Below, piece after piece: positions 54,001 through 64,000 of a stretch of DNA of 64,000 nt. Position 1 is the first letter of the stretch, and each line of letters starts with the position of its first letter. The DNA is from the human T2T-CHM13v2.0 reference genome, Homo sapiens. A program made the position numbers and the translations under genes. The stretch lies in the NCBI RefSeq assembly GCF_009914755.1, contig NC_060938.1, one strand, 5' to 3'. Under the pieces are notes generated by a model that searched no databases, was not told the origin of the DNA, and saw only the letters and a program-made list of their open reading frames with translations.

Positions 54001-57000
54001 ATATTTCCCTTTTCACCGTAGGCGTCAAGGCGCTCCAAATGTCCACTTCCAGATACTACAAAAAGAGTGTTTCAAACCTACTCTGTGAAAGGGAATATTC
54101 AACTCTGTGACTTGAATGCACATATCACAAGGAAGTTTCTGAGAATGCTTCTGTCGAGATTTTATATGAAGATATTCCCGTTTCCAACGAAATCCTGAAA
54201 TCTATCCAAATATCCCCTTGCAGATTCTACAAAAAGAGTGTTTCAAAACTGCTCTGTAAAAAGAAAGGTTCAACTCTGTTAGTTGAGTACACACATCACA
54301 AACAAGTTTCACACAATGCTTCTTTCTAGCTTGTAGGGGAAGATATTCCCTTTATCACCATGGGCCTCAAACCGTCCGATAAGTCCACTTCCATATACTA
54401 CAAAAAGAGCGTTTCAAACCTGCTCTATGAAAGGCAATGTTCAACTCTGTGACTTGAATGCAGACATCACAGAGCAGTTTCTGAGAATGCTTCTGTCTAG
54501 ATTTTATAGGAAGATATTCCCGTTTCCAACGAAATCTTCACAGCTATCCAAATATCCACTTGCAGATTCTACAAAAAGAGTGTATCAAAACTGCTCTGTC
54601 AAAAGGAAGGTTCTTTTCTGTTAGGTGAGTGCATACGTCATAAAGGAGTTTCTGAGAATGTTTCTGTCTAGTGGTTATGGGAAGATATTTGCTTTTTCAC
54701 CGTAGGCCTCAGAGCGCTCCAAATATCCACTTGCACATACTACAAAAAGAGTGCCTCAAAGCTGCTCTCTGAAACGGAATGTTCAACTCTATGAGTTGAA
54801 TGCAAACATCACAAAGACGTTTCTGAGAATGCTTCTGTCTAGATTTGATATGAAGATATTCCCGTTTCCAACGAAATCTTCAAATCTATCCAAATGTCCA
54901 CTTGCAGATTCAACAAAAAGTGTTTTTCAGAACTGCTCTATCAAAAGAAAGATCCACCTCTGTTAGCTGAGTTCACACATCACAAACAAGTTTATGAGAA
55001 TGCTTCTGTCTAGTTTTTATATGAAGATATTTCCTTTCTCACCATAGAGCTGAAAGCTGTCCTAATGTTCACTTCCAGATACTACAGAAAGAGTGTTTCA
55101 AAACTGCTGTACGAAAGGGAATGTTCAACTCTGTGACTTGAATGCACACATCACAAAGAAGTTTCTGAGGATGCTGCTGTCTACTTTTTATACGTAATCC
55201 CGTTTCCAACGAAATCCTCCAAGCTATCCAAATATCCACTTGCAGATTCCACAGAAAGACTGTTTCAAAACTGCTCTGTCAATAGAAAGGTTCAACTCTG
55301 TTAGCTGCGTGCATATATCCCAAAGAAGATTCTGAGATTGCTTCTGTCTAGTTTTTATGGGAAGATATTTCCCTTTTCACCGTAGGCGTCAAGGCGCTCC
55401 AAATGTCCACTTCCAGATACTACAAAAAGAGTGTTTCAAACCTACTCTGTGAAAGGGAATATTCAACTCTGTGACTTGAATGCACATATCACAAGGAAGT
55501 TTCTGAGAATGCTTCTGTCGAGATTTTATATGAAGATATTCCCGTTTCCAACGAAATCCTGAAATCTATCCAAATATCCCCTTGCAGATTCTACAAAAAG
55601 AGTGTTTCAAAACTGCTCTGTGAAAAGAAAGGTTCAACTCTGTTAGTTGAGTACACACATCACAAACAAGTTTCACACAATGCTTCTTTCTAGCTTGTAG
55701 GGGAAGATATTCCCTTTATCACCATGGGCCTCAAACCGTCCGAAAAGTCCACTTCCATATACTACAAAAAGAGCGTTTCAAACCTGCTCTATGAAAGGCA
55801 ATGTTCAACTCTGTGACTTGAATGCAGACATCACAGAGCAGTTTCTGAGAATGCTTCTGTCTAGATTTTATAGGAAGATATTCCCGTTTCCAACGAAATC
55901 TTCACAGCTATCCAAATATCCACTTGCAGATTCTACAAAAAGAGTGTATCAAAACTGCTCTGTCAAAAGGAAGGTTCTTTTCTGTTAGGTGAGTGCATAC
56001 GTCATAAAGGAGTTTCTGAGAATGTTTCTGTCTAGTGGTTATGGGAAGATATTTGCTTTTCCACCGTAGGCCTCAGAGCGCTCCAAATATCCACTTGCAC
56101 ATACTACAAAAAGAGTGCCTCAAAGCTGCTCTCTGAAACGGAATGTTCAACTCTATGAGTTGAATGCAAACATCGCAAAGACGTTTCTGAGAATGCTTCT
56201 GTCTAGATTTGATATGAAGATATTCCCGTTTCCAACGAAATCTTCAAATCTATCCAAATGTCCACTTGCAGATTCAACAAAAAGTGTTTTTCAGAACTGC
56301 TCTATCAAAAGAAAGATCCACCTCTGTTAGCTGAGTTCACACATCACAAACAAGTTTATGAGAATGCTTCTGTCTAGTTTTTATTTGAAGATATTTCCTT
56401 TCTCACCATAGAGCTGAAAGCTGTCCTAATGTTCACTTCCAGATACTACAGAAAGAGTGTTTCAAAACTGCTGTACGAAAGGGAATGTTCAACTCTGTGA
56501 CTTGAATGCACACATCACAAAGAAGTTTCTGAGGATGCTGCTGTCTACTTTTTATACGTAATCCCGTTTCCAACGAAATCCTCCAAGCTATCCAAATATC
56601 CACTTGCAGATTCCACAGAAAGACTGTTTCAAAACTGCTCTGTCAATAGAAAGGTTCAACTCTGTTAGCTGCGTGCATATATCCCAAAGAAGATTCTGAG
56701 ATTGCTTCTGTCTAGTTTTTATGGGAAGATATTTCCCTTTTCACCGTAGGTGTCAAGGCGCTCCAAATGTCCACTTCCAGATACTACAAAAAGAGTGTTT
56801 CAAACCTACTCTGTGAAAGGGAATATTCAACTCTGTGACTTGAATGCACATATCACAAAGAAGTTTCTGAGAATGCTTCTGTCGAGATTTTATATGAAGA
56901 TATTCCCGTTTCCAACGAAATGCTGAAATCTATCCAAATATCCCCTCGCAGATTCTACAAAAAGAGTGTTTCAAAACTGCTCTGTGAAAAGAAAGGTTCA

Positions 57001-59580
57001 ACTCTGTTAGTTGAGTACACACATCACAAACAAGTTTCACAGAATGCTTCTTTCTAGCTTGTAGGGGAAGATATTCCCTTTATCACCATGGGCCTCCAAC
57101 CGTCCGAAACATCCACTTCCATATACTACAAAAAGAGCGTTTCAAACCTGCTCTATGAAAGGCAATGTTCAACTCTGTGACTTGAATGCAGACATCACAG
57201 AGCAGTTTCTGAGAATGCTTCTGTCTAGATTTTATAGGAAGATATTCCCGTTTCCAACGAAATCTTCACAGCTATCCAAATATCCACTTGCAGATTCTAC
57301 AAAAAGAGTGTATCAAAACTGCTCTGTCAAAAGGAAGGTTCTTCTCTGTTAGGTGAGTGCATACGTCATAAAGGAGTTTCTGAGAATGTTTCTGTCTAGT
57401 GGTTATGGGAAGATATTTGCTTTTTCACCGTAGGCCTCAGAGCGCTCCAAATATCCACTTGCACATACTACAAAAAGAGTGCTTCAAAGCTGCTCTCTGA
57501 AACGGAATGTTCAACTCTATGAGTTGAATGCAAACATCGCAAAGACGTTTCTGAGAATGCTTCTGTCTAGATTTGATATGAAGATATTCCCGTTTCCAAC
57601 GAAATCTTCAAATCTATCCAAATGTCCACTTGCAGATTCAACAAAAAGTGTTTTTCAGAACTGCTCTATCAAAAGAAAGATCCACCTCTGTTAGCTGAGT
57701 TCACACATCACAAACAAGTTTATGAGAATGCTTCTGTCTAGTTTTTATTTGAAGATATTTCCTTTCTCACCATAGAGCTGAAAGCTGTCCTAATGTTCAC
57801 TTCCAGATACTACAGAAAGAGTGTTTCAAAACTGCTGTACGAAAGGGAATGTTCAACTCTGTGACTTGAATGCACACATCACAAAGAAGTTTCTGAGGAT
57901 GCTGCTGTCTACTTTTTATACGTAATCCCGTTTCCAACGAAATCCTCCAAGCTATCCAAATATCCACTTGCAGATTCCACAGAAAGACTGTTTCAAAACT
58001 GCTCTGTCAATAGAAAGGTTCAACTCTGTTAGCTGCATGCATATATCCCAAAGAAGATTCTGAGATTGCTTCTGTCTAGTTTTTATGGGAAGATATTTCC
58101 CTTTTCACCGTAGGCGTCAAGGCGCTCCAAATGTCCACTTCCAGATACTACAAAAAGAGTGTTTCAAACCTACTCTGTGAAAGGGAATATTCAACTCTGT
58201 GACTTGAATGCACATATCACAAGGAAGTTTCTGAGAATGCTTCTGTCGAGATTTTATATGAAGATATTCCCGTTTCCAACGAAATGCTGAAATCTATCCA
58301 AATATCCCCTCGCAGATTCTACAAAAAGAGTGTTTCAAAACTGCTCTGTAAAAAGAAAGGTTCAACTCTGTTAGTTGAGTACACACATCACAAACAAGTT
58401 TCACACAATGCTTCTTTCTAGCTTGTAGGGGAAGATATTCCCTTTATCACCATGGGCCTCAAACCGTCCGATAAGTCCACTTCCATATACTACAAAAAGA
58501 GCGTTTCAAACCTGCTCTATGAAAGGCAATGTTCAACTCTGTGACTTGAATGCAGACGTCGCAGAGCAGTTTCTGAGAATGCTTCTGTCTAGATTTTATA
58601 GGAAGATATTCCCGTTTCCAACGAAATCTTCACAGCTATCCAAATATCCACTTGCAGATTCTACAAAAAGAGTGTATCAAAACTGCTCTGTCAAAAGGAA
58701 GGTTCTTTTCTGTTAGGTGAGTGCATACGTCATAAAGGAGTTTCTGAGAATGTTTCTGTCTAGTGGTTATGGGAAGATATTTGCTTTTTCACCGTAGGCC
58801 TCAGAGCGCTCCAAATATCCCCTTGCACATACTACAAAAAGAGTGCCTCAAAGCTGCTCTCTGAAACGGAATGTTCAACTCTATGAGTTGAATGCAAACA
58901 TCGCAAAGACGTTTCTGAGAATGCTTCTGTCTAGATTTGATATGAAGATATTCCCGTTTCCAACGAAATCTTCAAATCTATCCAAATGTCCACTTGCAGA
59001 TTCAACAAAAAGTGTTTTTCAGAACTGCTCTATCAAAAGAAAGATCCACCTCTGTTAGCTGAGTTCACACATCACAAACAAGTTTATGAGAATGCTTCTG
59101 TCTAGTTTTTATTTGAAGATATTTCCTTTCTCACCATAGAGCTGAAAGCTGTCCTAATGTTCACTTCCAGATACTACAGAAAGAGTGTTTCAAAACTGCT
59201 GTACGAAAGGGAATGTTCAACTCTGTGACTTGAATGCACACATCACAAAGAAGTTTCTGAGGATGCTGCTGTCTACTTTTTATACGTAATCCCGTTTCCA
59301 ACGAAATCCTCCAAGCTATCCAAATATCCACTTGCAGATTCCACAGAAAGACTGTTTCAAAACTGCTCTGTCAATAGAAAGGTTCAACTCTGTTAGCTGC
59401 ATGCATATATCCCAAAGAAGATTCTGAGATTGCTTCTGTCTAGTTTTTATGGGAAGATATTTCCCTTTTCACCGTAGGCGTCAAGGCGCTCCAAATGTCC
59501 ACTTCCAGATACTACAAAAAGAGTGTTTCAAACCTACTCTGTGAAAGGGAATATTCAACTCTGTGACTTGAATGCACATA
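42100..59580. repeat. Inferred 4-HOR (5456-bp) super-periodicity; boundaries approximate
   Basis: The GACATC[G]CAGAG allele occurs at 42193, 47649, 53105 and 58561. X-type units carrying GTGCTTC plus CATCGC occur at ORF anchors 46567, 52023 and 57479. Confidence 0.75.
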
Positions 59581-61943
59581 TCACAAAGAAGTTTCTGAGA
59601 ATGCTTCTGTCGAGATTTTATATGAAGATATTCCCGTTTCCAACGAAATGCTGAAATCTATCCAAATATCCCCTCGCAGATTCTACAAAAAGAGTGTTTC
59701 AAAACTGCTCTGTGAAAAGAAAGGTTCAACTCTGTTAGTTGAGTACACACATCACAAACAAGTTTCACAGAATGCTTCTTTCTAGCTTGTAGGGGAAGAT
59801 ATTCCCTTTATCACCATGGGCCTCCAACCGTCCGAAACATCCACTTCCATATACTACAAAAAGAGCGTTTCAAACCTGCTCTATGAAAGGCAATGTTCAA
59901 CTCTGTGACTTGAATGCAGACATCACAGAGCAGTTTCTGAGAATGCTTCTGTCTAGATTTTATAGGAAGATATTCCCGTTTCCAACGAAATCTTCACAGC
60001 TATCCAAATATCCACTTGCAGATTCTACAAAAAGAGTGTATCAAAACTGCTCTGTCAAAAGGAAGGTTCTTCTCTGTTAGGTGAGTGCATACGTCATAAA
60101 GGAGTTTCTGAGAATGTTTCTGTCTAGTGGTTATGGGAAGATATTTGCTTTTTCACCGTAGGCCTCAGAGCGCTCCAAATATCCACTTGCACATACTACA
60201 AAAAGAGTGCTTCAAAGCTGCTCTCTGAAACGGAATGTTCAACTCTATGAGTTGAATGCAAACATCACAAAGACGTTTCTGAGAATGCTTCTGTCTAGAT
60301 TTGATATGAAGATATTCCCGTTTCCAACGAAATCTTCAAATCTATCCAAATGTCCACTTGTAGATTCAACAAAAAGTGTTTTTCAGAACTGCTCTATCAA
60401 AAGAAAGATCCACCTCTGTTAGCTGAGTTCACACATCACAAACAAGTTTATGAGAATGCTTCTGTCTAGTTTTTATTTGAAGATATTTCCTTTCTCACCA
60501 TAGAGCTGAAAGCTGTCCTAATGTTCACTTCCAGATACTACAGAAAGAGTGTTTCAAAACTGCTGTACGAAAGGGAATGTTCAACTCTGTGACTTGAATG
60601 CACACATCACAAAGAAGTTTCTGAGGATGCTGCTGTCTACTTTTTATACGTAATCCCGTTTCCAACGAAATCCTCCAAGCTATCCAAATATCCACTTGCA
60701 GATTCCACAGAAAGACTGTTTCAAAACTGCTCTGTCAATAGAAAGGTTCAACTCTGTTAGCTGCATGCATATATCCCAAAGAAGATTCTGAGATTGCTTC
60801 TGTCTAGTTTTTATGGGAAGATATTTCCCTTTTCACCGTAGGCGTCAAGGCGCTCCAAATGTCCACTTCCAGATACTACAAAAAGAGTGTTTCAAACCTA
60901 CTCTGTGAAAGGGAATATTCAACTCTGTGACTTGAATGCACATATCACAAGGAAGTTTCTGAGAATGCTTCTGTCGAGATTTTATATGAAGATATTCCCG
61001 TTTCCAACGAAATCCTGAAATCTATCCAAATATCCCCTTGCAGATTCTACAAAAAGAGTGTTTCAAAACTGCTCTGTAAAAAGAAAGGTTCAACTCTGTT
61101 AGTTGAGTACACACATCACAAACAAGTTTCACACAATGCTTCTTTCTAGCTTGTAGGGGAAGATATTCCCTTTATCACCATGGGCCTCAAACCGTCCGAT
61201 AAGTCCACTTCCATATACTACAAAAAGAGCGTTTCAAACCTGCTCTATGAAAGGCAATGTTCAACTCTGTGACTTGAATGCAGACATCACAGAGCAGTTT
61301 CTGAGAATGCTTCTGTCTAGATTTTATAGGAAGATATTCCCGTTTCCAACGAAATCTTCACAGCTATCCAAATATCCACTTGCAGATTCTACAAAAAGAG
61401 TGTATCAAAACTGCTCTGTCAAAAGGAAGGTTCTTTTCTGTTAGGTGAGTGCATACGTCATAAAGGAGTTTCTGAGAATGTTTCTGTCTAGTGGTTATGG
61501 GAAGATATTTGCTTTTTCACCGTAGGCCTCAGAGCGCTCCAAATATCCACTTGCACATACTACAAAAAGAGTGCCTCAAAGCTGCTCTCTGAAACGGAAT
61601 GTTCAACTCTATGAGTTGAATGCAAACATCGCAAAGACGTTTCTGAGAATGCTTCTGTCTAGATTTGATATGAAGATATTCCCGTTTCCAACGAAATCTT
61701 CAAATCTATCCAAATGTCCACTTGCAGATTCAACAAAAAGTGTTTTTCAGAACTGCTCTATCAAAAGAAAGATCCACCTCTGTTAGCTGAGTTCACACAT
61801 CACAAACAAGTTTATGAGAATGCTTCTGTCTAGTTTTTATTTGAAGATATTTCCTTTCTCACCATAGAGCTGAAAGCTGTCCTAATGTTCACTTCCAGAT
61901 ACTACAGAAAGAGTGTTTCAAAACTGCTGTACGAAAGGGAATG

Positions 61944-62619
61944 TTCAACTCTGTGACTTGAATGCACACATCACAAAGAAGTTTCTGAGGATGCTGCTGT
62001 CTACTTTTTATACGTAATCCCGTTTCCAACGAAATCCTCCAAGCTATCCAAATATCCACTTGCAGATTCCACAGAAAGACTGTTTCAAAACTGCTCTGTC
62101 AATAGAAAGGTTCAACTCTGTTAGCTGCATGCATATATCCCAAAGAAGATTCTGAGATTGCTTCTGTCTAGTTTTTATGGGAAGATATTTCCCTCTTCAC
62201 CGTAGGTGTCAAGGCGCTCCAAATGTCCACTTCCAGATACTACAAAAAGAGTGTTTCAAACCTACTCTGTGAAAGGGAATATTCAACTCTGTGACTTGAA
62301 TGCACACATCACAAAGAAGTTTCTGAGGATGCTGCTGTCTACTTTTTATACGTAATCCCGTTTCCAACGAAATCCTCCAAGCTATCCAAATATCCACTTG
62401 CAGATTCCACAGAAAGACTGTTTCAAAACTGCTCTGTCAATAGAAAGGTTCAACTCTGTTAGCTGCATGCATATATCCCAAAGAAGATTCTGAGATTGCT
62501 TCTGTCTAGTTTTTATGGGAAGATATTTCCCTTTTCACCGTAGGCGTCAAGGCGCTCCAAATGTCCACTTCCAGATACTACAAAAAGAGTGTTTCAAACC
62601 TACTCTGTGAAAGGGAATA
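61944..62619 (-). repeat. 10-mer structural variant 3: tandem duplication of the 338-bp dimer
   Basis: Anchor spacing 61247 to 62949 is 1702. The hybrid monomer crosses over within 62282-62306. Confidence 0.95.
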
Positions 62620-64000
62620 TTCAACTCTGTGACTTGAATGCACATAACACAAGGAAGTTTCTGAGAATGCTTCTGTCGAGATTTTATATGAAGATATTCC
62701 CGTTTCCAACGAAATCCTGAAATCTATCCAAATATCCCCTTGCAGATTCTATAAAAAGAGTGTTTCAAAACTGCTCTGTAAAAAGAAAGGTTCAACTCTG
62801 TTAGTTGAGTACACACATCACAAACAAGTTTCACAGAATGCTTCTTTCTAGCTTGTAGGGGAAGATATTCCCTTTATCACCATGGGCCTCAAACCGTCCG
62901 AAAAGTCCACTTCCATATACTACAAAAAGAGCGTTTCAAACCTGCTCTATGAAAGGCAATGTTCAACTCTGTGACTTGAATGCAGACATCACAGAGCAGT
63001 TTCTGAGAATGCTTCTGTCTAGATTTTATAGGAAGATATCCCCGTTTCCAACGAAATCTTCACAGCTATCCAAATATCCACTTGCAGATTCTACAAAAAG
63101 AGTGTATCAAAACTGCTCTGTCAAAAGGAAGGTTCTTTTCTGTTAGGTGAGTGCATACGTCATAAAGGAGTTTCTGAGAATGTTTCTGTCTAGTTGTTAT
63201 GGGAAGATATTTGCTTTTTCACCGTAGGCCTCAGAGCGCTCCAAATATCCACTTGCACATACTACAAAAAGAGTGCCTCAAAGCTGCTCTCTGAAACGGA
63301 ATGTTCAACTCTATGAGTTGAATGCAAACATCGCAAAGACGTTTCTGAGAATGCTTCTGTCTAGATTTGATATGAAGATATTCCCGTTTCCAACGAAATC
63401 TTCAAATCTATCCAAATGTCCACTTGCAGATTCAACAAAAAGTGTTTTTCAGAACTGCTCTATCAAAAGAAAGATCCACCTCTGTTAGCTGAGTTCACAC
63501 ATCACAAACAACTTTATGAGAATGCTTCTGTCTAGTTTTTATTTGAAGATATTTCCTTTCTCACCATAGAGCTGAAAGCTGTCCTAATGTTCACTTCCAG
63601 ATACTACAGAAAGAGTGTTTCAAAACTGCTGTACGAAAGGGAATGTTCAACTCTGTGACTTGAATGCACACATCACAAAGAAGTTTCTGAGGATGCTGCT
63701 GTCTACTTTTTATACGTAATCCCGTTTCCAACGAAATCCTCCAAGCTATCCAAATATCCACTTGCAGATTCCACAGAAAGACTGTTTCAAAACTGCTCTG
63801 TCAATAGAAAGGTTCAACTCTGTTAGCTGCATGCATATATCCCAAAGAAGATTCTGAGATTGCTTCTGTCTAGTTTTTATGGGAAGATATTTCCCTTTTC
63901 ACCGTAGGCGTCAAGGCGCTCCAAATGTCCACTTCCAGATACTACAAAAAGAGTGTTTCAAACCTACTCTGTGAAAGGGAATATTCAACTCTGTGACTTG

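Larger units (their letters stand above)
1..64000 (-). repeat. Alpha satellite higher-order repeat array: homogeneous dimeric 8-mer (1364 bp), about 46 copies; probably the chr14/22 centromeric array D14Z9/D22Z1 (alphaXT, SF2)
   Basis: ~171-bp alphoid monomers throughout, with motifs such as TTCAACTCTGTGACTTGAATGC, GTTTCTGAGAATGCTTCTGTCTAG and ATCCACTTGCAGATTC. An identical anchor recurs at 555, 1919, 3283 ... 62949 (42 x 1364 + 3 x 1702 = 62394). CENP-B boxes occur in alternate monomers. Alpha satellite identity is near certain. The chr14/22 assignment rests on HOR size, dimer type and recall (about 0.75). Confidence 0.98.

Noticed and set aside
555-63488. Recurrent 65-aa and 71-aa + strand ORFs (MKGNVQLCD..., MPQSCSLKRN...)
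   Set aside because: They are chance open frames in alphoid monomers, repeat with the HOR period, resemble each other only because the dimers are homologous, and show no recognisable domain or gene context. The 71-aa frame starts at GTG. I used them only as positional rulers.
304-63736. Regularly spaced conserved 17-bp motif suggesting a CRISPR-like array
   Set aside because: The motif is the CENP-B box. The intervening ~320-bp stretches are homologous satellite, not unique spacers, and there are no cas genes.
1-64000. Possible embedded L1/Alu insertion, inversion or hidden unique segment
   Set aside because: Anchor arithmetic accounts for the full span (42 x 1364 + 3 x 1702), all boxes I read have the same orientation, and I saw no poly-A tail or non-alphoid stretch.

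Overview
The whole 64 kb is one uninterrupted, single-orientation array of primate (most likely human) centromeric alpha satellite. It is built from ~171-bp monomers arranged as a 1364-bp 8-mer higher-order repeat (HOR) of four dimers (342+342+338+342 bp). CENP-B boxes lie in every second monomer and read TTTCGTTGGAAACGGGA on the - strand; pJalpha-type sites lie in the alternate monomers. The dimeric structure, 8-mer size and my recollection of the sequence best fit the suprachromosomal family 2 array shared by chromosomes 14 and 22 (D14Z9/D22Z1, alphaXT). That assignment was not checked by alignment. Using the recurring spurious ORF as a ruler gives 46 anchor points: 42 intervals of exactly 1364 bp and 3 of 1702 bp (10-mer variants carrying a duplicated 338-bp dimer). 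I found no genes, transposon insertions, inversions or CRISPR arrays, and the ORF track is an artefact of the repeat. I see no new biological system. The notable content is a fine-scale record of satellite evolution: three 10-mers with one shared breakpoint, two interleaved HOR haplotypes with recombinants, nested 1-, 2-, 3- and 4-HOR super-periodicities, clustered substitutions and three disrupted CENP-B boxes. All variants were read by eye, so some may have been missed.
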